Assembly: GCF_006345805.1 (NCBI RefSeq) | Contig: NC_043007.1 | Location: forward strand, 70,804,001-70,868,000 | Reading direction: 5' to 3' | Length of the DNA stretch: 64,000 nt | DNA from: Octopus sinensis | Lineage: Eukaryota | Part shown: piece after piece, positions 38,060-50,795 of the stretch | How the letters are laid out: every line of letters begins with the position of its first letter | Numbering within the stretch: the first letter of the stretch is position 1 | The notes under the pieces: generated by a model | Seen by the model: the letters and a program-made list of their open reading frames with translations, nothing else | What the model was told of the DNA's origin: nothing | Database searches by the model: none | Translations under genes and position numbers: made by a program

Positions 38060-38188
38060 AGTTTAAGGGAGGGGGTAAGTCAATTACATCGACCCCAAGT
38101 GTTTCAATGGTACTCAATTTATCGACCCCGGTGGAATTTGAACTAAGCATTTTGTTCAGTGTGCTAACAATTCTGTCAGTTTGCCACC

Positions 38189-38229
<41 letters not shown>

Positions 38230-38480
38230 GATAATGATGATGATGATAATAACAATAATAATAATCCTTTCTGCTATAGACACAAGGCTTGATATTTTGG
38301 GGGAGTGGGGCAGTCGATTAGATTGACCCCAGTATGCAACTGGTACTTAATTTATTGACCCCTGAAAGTATGAGAAGCAGACTCAACCTCAGCGAAATTT
38401 GAACTCAGAATGTAGCAACGGATGAAATACCACTAAACATTTTGTCCAGCGTGCTAACAATTCTGCCAGCTTGCCATCTT
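38060..38480 (-). mobile_element. Two SINE family B copies around a (TAA)n/(TGA)n tract
   Basis: Family cores on both sides of the microsatellite at 38190-38263. Confidence 0.8.
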
Positions 38481-39011
38481 GTCATTAGTCAGTTCTGTCT
38501 GTTTAAAGATTTGATAGATCACTGCTGTATGAGTTTGCTAGAATTTATTAGTTAGAAATGAAGTATTCTAGTAGTAAGGTTTGAAGCATATTTCTCAGTA
38601 TTTACTAACCAGATAAAACAAAAAAGAAAAGCAAAAATAAAAAAACAAGAATTCTTGCACTTCAGTTTGCTCTTTGCATTTTGGTTTTCTTTCATTTTCT
38701 TCTAAGTTCAAATATGAGTTTGTTGATAACTCATTCTGGTAACTTGGGATTTTTGAAGATGTGAAGTAGTTGTGACCTTTACTGCCTAAAAGTATATATT
38801 AGTCAACTTAGATTTCATGCTGGTTTTGAAGTTGGTATGTTTTATTTATTTCTAGACACACCACAAGTGGTTCGCTAGTTTTCAACATATTATTAAAGTA
38901 CGTTAAAGTACTGGCCATGTTCGAGAATGGCATGCTGCAATCATGTGGAACAGAAATTTTAACCTGAATAAATAAATTAAAACTGATGGAAGTTATCATT
39001 ATCAAACCTAT

Positions 39012-39215
39012 GGTGAGCTGGCAGAATCATTAGCACGCAGGGCAAAATGCTTAGCAATGCTTCATATTCTGAGTTCAAATTCTGCCACGGTTGACTTTGT
39101 CTTTCATCCTTTCAAGGTCAATAAATTAAGTACCAGTGAAACAGTAGGAGTCAATATAATCAACTAGTCCCCTCCTCCCAAATTTCAGGCCTTGTTCCTT
39201 AAGTAGAAAGGATTA
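39012..39215 (+). mobile_element. SINE family B
   Basis: GGTGAGCTGGCAGAATC head and CTTTCATCCTTTC core. Confidence 0.85.
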
Positions 39216-39255
39216 TCAGACCTACTGATACATAATATGTTTTGCTAATTGCAAG

Positions 39256-39490
39256 CAAGAACACAGTATTTCTTTTTGTGACCATAATATCACAGTATTG
39301 AACAGACCATCAGGTGCTGTTATGCAATAGTCAAAGACACAGTGTTTCATTTTGCAACGATAATATCACAGTATTGAGCAGATCATCAGATACTTGTTAT
39401 ACACTGCTGTCAAGGACACAGTATCTCGTATTGTAACCATAGTGTCACAGTATCAACCAGTCCATCAGATGCTGTTATAAACTGCTGTTC
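39256..39490 (+). repeat. Degenerate tandem repeat, 3 units of about 76-80 bp
   Basis: ACACAGT..ATAATATCACAGTATTGA..CATCAG..TGTTAT recurs three times. Confidence 0.85.
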
Positions 39491-39606
39491 ACACTGTTCT
39501 TCAAATTCTGTCTTGATTGCACCATTCTTTTCCATCTAGACCCAAATTATCATCTTATGAGCTAAAACAAAATCATAATATATTATGGCTTATAAGTATA
39601 TCAAAA

Positions 39607-39771
39607 GACGTGGCTGTGTGGTAAGTAGCTTGCTTACCAACCAAATGGTTCCTGGTTCATTCCCACTGTGTGGCACCTTGGGCAAGTGTCTTCTACTATA
39701 GCCTTCGGCTGACCAAAGCTTTGTGAGTGGATTTGGTAGACGGAAACTGAAAGAAGCCCGTTGTATATATG

Positions 39772-39802
<31 letters not shown>

Positions 39803-39995
39803 TTGTGTGTCTGTGTTTGTCCTCCCAACATCGCTTGACAACTGATGGTGGTGTGTTTACCTCCCCTTAACTTAGCGGTTCGGCAAAAGAGACCGGTAGA
39901 ATAAGTACTAGGCTTACAAAGAGTAAGTCCTGGGGTCGATTTGCTTGACTAAAAGCAGTGCTCCAGCATGGCCACAGTCAAGTAAAAAAGAGAGA
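39607..39995 (+). mobile_element. SINE family A
   Basis: Near full-length copy. Confidence 0.92.
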
Positions 39996-40135
39996 AAAAG
40001 TGAAAGAAAGAAAGTCACAATTGTACATATGTGCAATGTTCTCATTTTAAAGTTTATCTCTGCAGAATCTCTACAGGTTCTCTACAGAAAATTTGTAGAA
40101 ATGAACTTAATGATATGCTTTATATATTCTACACT

Positions 40136-40362
40136 TTAACTCTTTAACATTCAAGTTTCTTTGTCAAATCTATTGCTTATTATTGACATTATTTTGAATT
40201 AATCCCAGATTATCTTGTAGCATTAAGATTTCAGTGGCATGTTTGTATATTTATAGAATGACATTGTAGGGCAGGTATGAAAAGTTGGATCTGGTCAGTT
40301 TTAACATAAAACAGGTAGAATATTTTGGCAGGATATGGCTGGATTAAACGCTAAAGGGTTAA
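40136..40362. mobile_element. piggyBac-like MITE family 2
   Basis: TTAA-CTCTTTAACATT / AACGCTAAAGGG-TTAA termini. Confidence 0.85.
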
Positions 40363-40709
40363 TACAGCAGGAATGGAATACCAAATGGTTAAACTGGAAT
40401 AAAAAAACATGGAAGTGGATGCCAATTGATGCAATCATTCCATAGACTCCATTCTCCTTTTTTCTTCATATAATCTTTACTATTTTTTGTTTTTCACAAC
40501 TTTTCCTGAATACTACATGAAGAAATAGAAAACAAAAAAAAATGTTTTGGTAACAACATATTAACTGTTAATTCTTGTGAACATCCTGATTGGTAATTTT
40601 CTCAATTCTTGCAGGAAAACAAACAATAAGGCATACAAGACATGTGTTGCATCCAGCATTTTAAGTGTTGCCATTCATTAGTATTTAGCAAGTAATTATC
40701 CACAGTGCC

Positions 40710-41067
<358 letters not shown>

Positions 41068-41927
41068 CTAGGTACCATAGTATTGAGTTCACATGAAGTA
41101 AAACAATCATGTGGTATCCTGTGTTGGTAGGGTACTGCAGGTGTGTGTATATTAGGTACCAAATCCAATATTAACCATAGATCAGACTTGGGGTTGGTTC
41201 CAGGTGTGGTATAGGTATTAAAAGAACAAGTGGAGTTTAAAATTTACAACCAAAACAGCTGCAGTAAATTTTAAACCCCACTTGTGTTCTTTTTCTGTGT
41301 GTGTGTGTATGTATATAATCATCATTATCATCATCATCATCTTTTAACATCTGTTTTCCATGTTGGCATGGATTTTACACACACACATACATATAGGGTT
41401 ATCCCATAAATAACGCTGCCTCTTTATACTTTTATTTTTCAAAATTAAGATAAAGTGCAATTTGTTCATGTGTGGTTAATATATATATATGGTATGCCAT
41501 GGAATTGAGTGGATTGTTAGTTAACATCCATCCATCCATCCATCCATCCATCCATTCATTCATTCATTCATTCATTCATTCATCCATTCATTCATTCATT
41601 CATTCATTCATTCGTCCATTTGTCAGGAAGGCATGTGACTTAGCAGTTAGGGTATTGACTCACAATAATTAACAATTGAATTGTTTGTTAAATAAACAAA
41701 TAAGACTGTTAATAAAAAGGAATGTTTAGAAATAAATAAATTGATTTCTGATTTCAGAAATCTCAAATTTTCTAGAATAAAACTAAAGTTTATTATTTAT
41801 TATTGTTTTGTACAGTTATCATCTATTATAAGGTCATGAGTTCAATTCCTGGTAATGTGTAGTGTCCTTGAGCAAGACACTTTATTTCATGTTGTCCACT
41901 CAGCTGGCAAAAACGAGTTGTAGCTGT

Positions 41928-42140
41928 TGTTGTTGTTGTTGTTGTTAAGCAACAAGACGGGTAAGGGTGATTAGGTGATGGTCTAGGGCTTAGGGGCAGG
42001 AGACCCTAGACCTTGGGGAAAAAAAAAACTTTGGTCGTCTTGTTATAGTCGAGGGCTCTTCGTTGATGCCTGACACCACAGGGAGGTGGTCCTCGAAGTT
42101 GCTGGAAATGGAGATCTCCAGGTCCAAATTCTTGAACAGC
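41928..42140 (-). mobile_element. 5'-truncated retroposed fragment with (AAC)n tail and about 14-bp TSD, inside a family D-type SINE
   Basis: Flanks ACGAGTTGTAGCTGT (41913-41927) and ACGAGTTTAGCTGT (42141-42154); (GTT)n at the left end. Confidence 0.75.
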
Positions 42141-43519
42141 ACGAGTTTAGCTGTAATTCAAAGGGCCATCCTTGTCACATTCTGTGTCACATTGAATCTC
42201 CCCGGGAACTACATGAAGGGTACATTTGTCTGTGGAGAGCTCAACCACTTGCACATTAATTTCTCGAGCAGGTTGTTCTGTTGATTGGATGAACTGGAAC
42301 CTTCGCTGTTGTAACTGATGCAGTGCCAGTTTTGTTCTTTTACTGATTTCAACCATGAGCTTCTGCACCTCCATCTTTGAGGACTGACTCAATCATAGTG
42401 ACCCACTGTACTTATTTTATTTCCTCTGTTTGTCAAACCATGAACTTTTGTGGACATAAATGCAAATATAGTAATTTCTTAATTGTAAGAGAACTGGAGT
42501 TAGATTGATACCATTGTCAAGGACACTTGTATCATTAATAATTTTGGAGTTTATTCCTGGCTTATTGTGTGTGTGTGTGTGTATGTGCAGTGCTTAATGC
42601 TAATAAATGCTATATATCATGGCCTTCAATGTTCTTGGAAAGTTTGGAGTACGGTTACACTGGATGTGTTTAACCTGAAATTTCTACTGAATATACACAT
42701 ACACACATGTATATACATGCACACATGCATGCACACACACACATGTGCATGCACATACGACTGTGCATGTGCATACAGATATACACATGTACATACACAC
42801 ATACACACACATGCTTCATGTGCCATATTTTTAGAGACTTGCTACTCTATTGTTGGTAGCAATCTGTTTTTATAGAGAGAGCTACTTCATATATACTTGG
42901 GTCTCCTTCACATCAAACACTTAATACACTCCACAGTTTTTCTAGTTTTGTGTGATTTGACGTAATAATCTCCACTGATATCTCTTGGATATTTTCTTTT
43001 TTTTTCTTTTTGTCTGTTTGTTTTAATATTTCAAAAGAATCCTTCACGAACCGACTGAAGAAGAGTTCTTTCCTTGTTAAATAGAATTCTGAAATTCTTT
43101 GCAGTAAGGAAAACCAGAACATGTAATCAGGAAAATCAGCTGCATTTATAATCTGCTAATTCTTAATTTCAAAATGGGTTTCTTTTTTAAATGAATTATC
43201 TTACTGTGGCAGCAACAGTGGTGGGGGCTGGGGGTTAATGATTAAATGGCTTAATATGTTCAGCTATATTTTTTAAGCTAAATCTTCTCTAAGCCTGTGT
43301 GTATTTCCTAAGAGGGTATTAGTAATCACTTAGAGTTGTTTATACTGATTTTTATTTGGTCAGAATTAGTTTTCATCCTCTAAACATATATGGAAGTGGC
43401 TCAGCAACCAGAAGCCAGAATTATAAATCTAGCAGTGAAGGGTTCAATTCTTGATTAGCATTTTCACTTTGTTTGAAAACTTCTTCAACTAATATGAATA
43501 TCTTTGATACAAAGGAAGA

Positions 43520-43760
43520 TCATCATAATCATTGTTTAACGTTTTCTTTCCATGCTAGCATGGGTTGGACGATTTGACTGAGGGCTGGCGAACCAGATGG
43601 CTGCACCAGGCTTCAATCTGATCTGGTAGAGTTTCTACAGCTAGGTGCCCTTCCTAACACCAACCACTCTGAGAGTGTAGTGGGTGCTTTTATGTGCCAT
43701 CTGCACAGGAGCCAGTCCAGTGGTACTGGCAATGACCTCGCTCGAATGTTTTTTCACGTG
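43520..43760 (-). mobile_element. SINE family E
   Basis: GTTTAACG..TTTCCATGCTAGCATGGGTTGGACGATTTGACTGAGG. Confidence 0.88.
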
Positions 43761-44166
43761 CAGAGGAGGATGCTAAATTTTTCAAGACAATTACTTGTTT
43801 GGGCATCTGAGGAATGGTATTTGTCCTTCTGTACCCTTTACATAGTTCACAGAGAAATTCAGCTTGACACAGAATGCGATGAGGCTGGCCCTTTGAAATA
43901 CAGGTACTACTCACTTTTGCCAGCTGAGTGGACTAGAATAATATGAAATAAAGTGTCACACTGAAGGACACAATGCACCACCAGCAATTGAACTCATGAC
44001 CTTAGGATTGTGGGCCGAATACCCAAACCACTAAACCACTGCCTTCACCTGAAATAATTACTTAGTGAGGAAAATACTATATTTATGATGATTGACCTTT
44101 TCTTTTGTAGTTTGGAGGAGGCTGACTGGGTGCCAAATTATCTCCCTTACTTTCTGAAATAAAATA

Positions 44167-44733
44167 TTGGGTTGTCCGGAAAGTTTGTGCCGATTTATAG
44201 TAGCTTACCTTTCGACTTATTTTAGAACATGGTTGAGTCCATAAAATAGGATTTGACTACATCTCCATTTAGAGCACAGTTTAAGCTAACTTTTCGTGGA
44301 AGAAGGTTTATGTTCCTATAACCTGTGTTAATTCTGTAACCCCTTAAAATGGAAGATAAGATAGTTCATTTTGGGCATTTGATGCTTTGGGAATTAGACA
44401 AAAATTGCTGCAGCTCGGCCGGGATGTGTTACCCCACCCTCCATATTCACCAGATATTGCTCCTTCGGATTTCCACTTATTCAGGTCTCTGCAGAATAGT
44501 CTTAATGGTAAAAATTTCAATTCCTTGGATGACGTAAAAAGATACCTTGATGAATTCTTTGCCATGAAACCACCTCAGTTCTGGGAAGAGGGTATTTTCA
44601 AGTTAAAGGAAAAATGGAGACATATTGTGCAACAAAATGGTTCATATTTGGTTGATTAAAAATGTAATTGGCAAGTATTTATTGACCTTTTTCTTTCCTT
44701 TAAAAATCGGCACAAACTTTCCGGACAACCCAA
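44167..44733 (+). mobile_element. Internally deleted mariner with near-perfect TIRs and TA TSD
   Basis: TTGGGTTGTCCGGAAAGTTTGTGCCGATTT / AAATCGGCACAAACTTTCCGGACAACCCAA. N-terminal MEDKIVHFGHLMLWE is joined to QKLLQLGRDVLPHPPYSPDIAPSDFHLFRSLQNSL..QNGSYLVD. Confidence 0.96.
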
Positions 44734-44894
44734 TAATTTGTCTGTTTGGACAGTTACAGAATGGCATTTCTCCTTGTGATCCTGGTATCTGTTTTAATGT
44801 CCCCCCGCCCCACCGAGCTTTAGAAAGTATAAATGTGAATGTTTCACTTTCAACAATTAATTACACAGTGAAATCAGAGACACATCTGAAATCT

Positions 44895-44965
44895 GTAACA
44901 GTGGTTCATTGATAGAATGCTCACCTGCCATGTAAACTGCTTGGGTTTAATTCCCAACCCATGCA
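44895..44965 (+). pseudogene. tRNA-Gly(GCC) pseudogene
   Basis: 71 nt colinear with the animal tRNA-Gly-GCC consensus (GTGGTTCAtTGaTAGAATGCTCaCCT-GCC-A..GGGTTtaATTCCC..ATGCA); the stems and B-box are mutated. Confidence 0.85.
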
Positions 44966-45861
44966 CAAGTAAATATTATGAAACTAGTTTCTGTGGTTTT
45001 TACAGTCTTAACTATCCACTGACACTGAAGACATAACCGAAATCTTTAAATATATGATGGAGTGATGTTTTGAAGATTTTATAAATTTCTACAGTAAAAT
45101 AGAAATAAGAACATTGATAAAATGTGGAATTTTCTCACGTGCCATTTGTGTAAATGATGAAGTGCTATTTTAATATGCATCAAGGTTATTGGCTAAATCA
45201 TATTGTTCACTCACGCACACATACCACCACCACCACCACACACACATGCACGCACACAGCACACATGTACGTATGTACGTACGTATGTATGTATGTATGT
45301 ATATGCATGTGTATGTATTTATAAATCAATTTTTATCATCTTGTTCAGACTGGTGCTGAATAATTGTGGAGATTACAATTTTTTTATTGGCTTGACCATA
45401 GTGTTAGTGGATATACAGAGATTATCACCTCTGTAAGCTTGGCCATATTTATGGATATAGAGAGATTATCTCTTTTGTTGGCGTGTCCATTTAGCTTTAT
45501 GTAGTCTTTCCTGTTTAATTGCTAACCACTGTTTCGACCCTAACTAGAAGCTATATATATATATATTTACTCCTGCTGCAGCAACTGAATCTGCAATTGT
45601 GTGCTAATTTCTCTGCTTCTGTTTTTAATTACTCTTGGTGTAGATATGTTAGTGGAATGGAAGATAATTTAAAGTTGTAGTGGCATTAGCACAGTTTCAC
45701 TAGTTAGGATAATGCTGGATTTGGTTTTAATTTGGGGTTTCTTGATTCTAATTACGATCATTAATCGACATTTGTTAACTGAGCAAAAAATGACTTTAGC
45801 TTGAAATTTCTTTGGGTCAAATCCAAATCCTATTGGTAGAAGTAAAAAGTTAAGGGTTCCT

Positions 45862-46087
45862 TTAACCCTTTCGTTACTGTATTTATTTTGAGATGCTCTG
45901 TGTTTCTTTCAATTATTTTAAATATAAAGAATTTAGTAAAATAATTTAATTATCATTAAGCTAGTGTTAGGAACATAAATTGCAACTAAGGTTTGGTGGA
46001 AGATTTTAATGAAAAACTTATGAAAACAAGACATTTGTACTACAGTGTCAGAGCCAGTTTTGGCTGGGTTGGTAACGAAAGGGTTAA
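45862..46087. mobile_element. piggyBac-like MITE family 1
   Basis: TTAA-CCCTTTCGTTAC / GTAACGAAAGGG-TTAA perfect termini. Confidence 0.93.
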
Positions 46088-46864
46088 TGGAAAATAGACA
46101 AGGAGAAAGAGTTGGTGTCTTAGTAGTTAGCAGCAATATCAACTGCCAAGAAAACTTCTTCATCTTCTAGTTTCTGTTGAAAGGCAACAAGGCCAAAATG
46201 TTAACCTCTCTTATCTTTATAACAGTTGATCTTATTGGCATTCCATAAAGTCTCTTTTAGATTAATTATCATTCTCCTTTTCTCTCTTTCTGTTTGTCTC
46301 TCCTGCCCTTTCTTTATTCCTGAAGCTATTAATTGCTGGACTAATGATCAACTATTCCTTGAACTGTAGCTGGCTGAGTAGACGTGTTGCACTGTCAACT
46401 AAAAAGTTAATGTTTCATATCTCATCACTCGTGCTTCTCTATTGTCTGGCATTTTGCTCTTCAGTGCTTCTGCTCATGCATCTGTGAATAAATACCAAAT
46501 GAGATTAACAGCTCATTTCTGTAAACAGCTGGAGTGCTGTAAAGTTAAAGAATGATTGTTTTCGATGCAATACTGCAGCCTAAAAAACCCCTAACAACAT
46601 GTGTTTGATTATTTCCATTGATTAAAACATTAAAAACAGCCACAGTAGAGTTAAATGAGGCTATTAGGAAATATGTCAGAGTTTGTGGATATTAATTTTT
46701 GGCCAAACAAGCAAGGGATACTAGCAAGCAAAAGTGAAGGGCTATACTGGATCAAGAAGTGTTAGATGACTTAACAAACGACCCCATGTTTTGTCACCAT
46801 AACTTTTCTGCAGTTGGGTTGGTTATTAGTAACGACGAATTATGGTAATGAATGATGGCAATAA

Positions 46865-47095
46865 GGCGGCGAGCTGGTAGAAATGTTAGTACGCTGGGCA
46901 AAATGCTTAGCGGTATTTCGTCTGCTGCTACGTTCTGAGTTCAAATTCTGCGAAGGTCAACTTTGCCTTTCATCCTTTCGGAGTTGATTAAATAAGTACC
47001 AGTTATGCACTGGGGTTGATATAATCGACTTAATCCGTTTGTCTGTCCTTGTTTGTCTCCTCTGTGTTTAGCCCCTTGTGGGTAGTAAAGAAATA
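46865..47095 (+). mobile_element. SINE family B, full length with perfect 21-bp TSD
   Basis: GGTAATGAATGATGGCAATAA at 46844-46864 and 47096-47116. Confidence 0.96.
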
Positions 47096-47240
47096 GGTAA
47101 TGAATGATGGCAATAAATGATGATGAAGAATGATGGTAAAGCTTTTCAGAGTGCGTAAAAATAAATCTGCAACTCCTTTTTAATAATTTTAAAAAGTTTC
47201 AGTTATAAAAGAAAGACAAAAGAAAAAAGAAAAAAAACTG

Positions 47241-47540
47241 GTACTCTGTCAGTTACAACAATGAGAGTTTCAGTTGATCTGATCAACAGAACAGCCTGCT
47301 CAGGAAATTGATGTGCATCTGGCTGAGCATGTCACAGACACACCTTCACTTTACAATGTTCTCAGGGAGAATGTGACAAAGCTGACCCCTTTGAAATACA
47401 GGTACTACTCACTTTTGCCAGCTGAGTGGAGTGGAGCAACATAAAATAAAGTGTCTTGCTCAAGGACGTAATGTGCCATTCGGAATTGATCTCATGACCT
47501 TATAATCATGAACTGAATACCCTGACCACTAAGCCATGTA
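47241..47540 (-). mobile_element. Family D-type SINE
   Basis: Reverse CORE-like domain and tRNA head (ACCACTAAGCCATG); related to 43830-44050. Confidence 0.75.
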
Positions 47541-47568
47541 CTTAGTTTCAGTTATAATCAAACAATGT

Positions 47569-47885
47569 GGAGGTGCAATGGCCCAGTGGTTAGGGCAGTG
47601 GACTCACGGTCGGAGGATCGCGGTTTCGATTCCCAGACTGGGTGTTCTGTGTGTTTATTAAGCGAAAACACCTAAAGGCTCCACGAGGCTCCGGCAAGGG
47701 GTGGTGGCGACCCCTGTTGTACTCTTTCGCCACAACTTTCTCTCACTTTCTCTTCCTGTTTCTTGAGTAACGCTGCGATGGACTGGCGTCCCATCCAGCT
47801 GGGGGGAACACATATGCCACAGAAACTAGGAAACTGGGCCCGTGAGCCTGGCTAGGCTTGAGAAGGGCGGAGAAAGAGAAAGAAT
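47569..47885 (+). mobile_element. SINE family C (tRNA-derived)
   Basis: GGAGGTGCAATGGCCCAGTGGTTAGGGC..GGTTTCGATTCCC; TSD-like ATAAT(C/T)AAACAAT. Confidence 0.93.
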
Positions 47886-48464
47886 AATTAAACAATAACT
47901 ATAGTTTTACTTTCTCACGCACATACATCGATACATATGAATATATACATAAAATATTTATATGTGTATGCATATGCACACACTTATATATGTGTATTTA
48001 CAAATAGCATTTGAAATAGCTTCATCCTCTACTGGGATGCAGATAGTAAAGTCTATTGAGAGGAGAGACTGACACTTGTACAGCATCAGCTGATGTTGTA
48101 AAAGTGAGGTGATTGTTCTTATTATTCCTCTTCACAGTCGATCCATGTTTTGTATTGATACAACTGTTATCCTTCGTGTGAAATATTGGCTGAAAAACAG
48201 AAAATACACGTAATGATAAGCAAATACTAATAAATAACAAGTTATGGCTGGTTGCTATCAGATGTGAGTGGCATGGTGCCAGTTTGCTACATTTTTGGCT
48301 CAATTTCTTTCTTCATTTCTTTTAAAGAGGTGCAGTGGCTGAGAGGTTAAGCTGTTGGATTGTTTAATCAAAAATTAAAAGCTTCCTTCACTATCATTTT
48401 GTGGTTTTCTTGGGCAAGGAACACCGTTTTTTTTTTTTTACCTTGTTCATTCTTTGTTGCTAAA

Positions 48465-48790
48465 TCATCATCATCGTTTAACATCTGCTTTCCATGCTAG
48501 CATGGGTTGGACGATTTGGCTGAAGTCTGGCAAACCAGATGGCTGCATCAGGCTCCAATCTGACCAGGCAGAGTTTCTACAGCTGGATGCACTTCCTAAT
48601 GCCAACCACTCCGATTGTGTAGTGGGTGCTTTTACGTGCCACTGGCATGAGGGCCAGCCAGGCGGTACTGGCAACGGCCACACTCAAATGGTGCATTTTA
48701 TGTGCCACCTGCACAGGAGCCAATCCAGTGGCACTGGCAACGACCTCGCTCGAATGTTTTTTCACGTGCCACGAGCACAAGTACCAGGAA
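48465..48790 (-). mobile_element. SINE family E
   Basis: Family motifs with a (CAT)n end. Confidence 0.9.
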
Positions 48791-49344
48791 TTGCCACATA
48801 TCTCATGTGACTGATTTCTATAAGAAAGAGCAATGATTCAAGCAGTGTCATAAAAGTCCTGTTTGACCAAAAATACAGAAGTTTAAATATAGTGAGAAAA
48901 TAGCAATCAGTTGATCATTTAAAATCTGACACCATTAAAACATAAGATAGCAATCCACATTTAACATAATGAAAACAGAAAACATTAAATATATTACAAT
49001 TCTGTATGTTCTAAGATGACGAATTTTATGATTTGTAATAGAAGTAATGATGTCCTCCAAGAAGAGAAAGCCACTCTGATTAGAAGTAGAACCCCTTTGG
49101 TCATGAATGACCATGGGGTTGCACTTAGAAAGTTCCCCTTGCCAGCTCCTGTTGAACTGTCCAACTTGTGTCAGCATGGAATATGGACTTTAAATGATGG
49201 CGATGATGATGATGATGATGATGATATATATATATATATATTATATATATATATATATTATATATATATATATATATTCCTCTGTCTCCAAACTAAACTC
49301 GCTTCCGGCTGCATCTTATCTGTTTAAAAACTCCTGTCTCATGG

Positions 49345-49375
<31 letters not shown>

Positions 49376-49493
49376 GTCAGCCAATTCAAGGATGTCATTT
49401 CCTCATTAGGGATTAAGAAATCCTAAATGTCACTGGTTTAATCTCCATCACATTAGAAGAAAATCTGCACGATATGTTATAGATTATTATAAC

Positions 49494-50424
49494 AGGTAAA
49501 ATTAATAAGGTAAGAAAATGGAAAGTTAAGGATGTGTAATTAATTCATTTGTATCATAGTTTGTTGTTAAATACAAATAAAGTTTTAAAAAACACAATAG
49601 AAAACTTAAAAACCTGCACATGTTTCGATTCTGGCCCCTTGGTAATGCATAATTGAAAGCATTTGGGTTAAATCCAATGTTAAGAATTTGTTATCATTTT
49701 AAGCTGTATATGGCAGGATCTCTTCTGGGTTTTTTAAATTTTTTATTAAAACAAAGATTACATGTTTCTTGAAGGGATTCAAATGAACAACTAAAGAAGT
49801 TTAAAATGGTATTTCCTATATATTGTGTGTATGTATTTGCAAAAGTTATATAAAAAAAAACACGTATGCATGAATATTTAATAGTATCTACTATCAAGCC
49901 AATGGAAATTATACAGTTATAATGGTTTATTTATTATTTATTATTTGTGTTTTTTTAATTTATTCATTTTATTACATAATTATTTTCCCTTCCAGAATAA
50001 CAGATATATAATGTTAAATTCCTTACAGATATAACATTATTTTAATTTTATTATTCATATTATTCATATATTTTTTAAGTATATGTTTATTTTATTTTAT
50101 ATAGGAAATAACATTTTAAATTTCTTTAGTTGTTGATTTGAATCCCTTCATGAAACATGTAACCTTCGTTTTATTAAAAAACAAACAGACCCTGAAGACA
50201 TCCTGCTCCATACAGCTTAAAATGATAACAAATTCTTAACATTGGATTTAACCCAAATGCTTTCAATTATGCATTACCAAGGGGCCAGAATTGAAACATA
50301 TGCAGGTTTTTAAGTTTTCTATTGTGTTTTTAAAAAATTTATTTGTATTTAAATCTCAGTAGCAAACTATGATACAAATAAATTAACTATACATCTCCAT
50401 TTTCTTACCTTATTAATTTTACCT
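49494..50424. repeat. Long inverted repeat, arms 49494-49821 and 50099-50424, AT-rich spacer of about 277 bp
   Basis: The arms are reverse complements and include an identical stretch of about 82 bp; (TA)n tracts lie nearby on both sides. Confidence 0.95.
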
Positions 50425-50441
50425 ATCTGTCTGTCTGTTTG

Positions 50442-50498
<57 letters not shown>

Positions 50499-50500
<2 letters not shown>

Positions 50501-50795
50501 TCATCATCATCGTTTAACGTCTGCTTTCCATGCTAGCATGGGTTGGACAATTTGACTGAGGACTGGCGAACTAGATGGCTGCACCTGGCTCAATCTGATC
50601 TGACAGAGTTTCTACAGCTGGATGCTCTTCCTAATGCCAACCACTCTGAGGGTGTAGTGGGTGCTTTTATGTGCCACGCTCAAATGGTGTTTTTTACGTA
50701 CCACCTGCACAGGAGTCAGTCCAGTGGCACTGGCAACGACCTTGCTCAAATGTCTTTTCATGTGCCATGGCATTTTTACATGCCCCCGGCATGGT
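50499..50795 (-). mobile_element. SINE family E
   Basis: Family motifs with a (CAT)n end. Confidence 0.88.

Noticed and set aside
39256-39490. CRISPR-like array or miR-2-like cluster (TATCACAG repeated)
   Set aside because: The context is eukaryotic, the whole unit is repeated with no unique spacers, there is no long hairpin, and similarity to miR-2 stops after the seed.
44387-44659. SETMAR-like or domesticated transposase gene
   Set aside because: The ORF lies inside a TIR- and TA-bounded deletion derivative that lacks most of the catalytic domain; no SET domain or splice context was seen.
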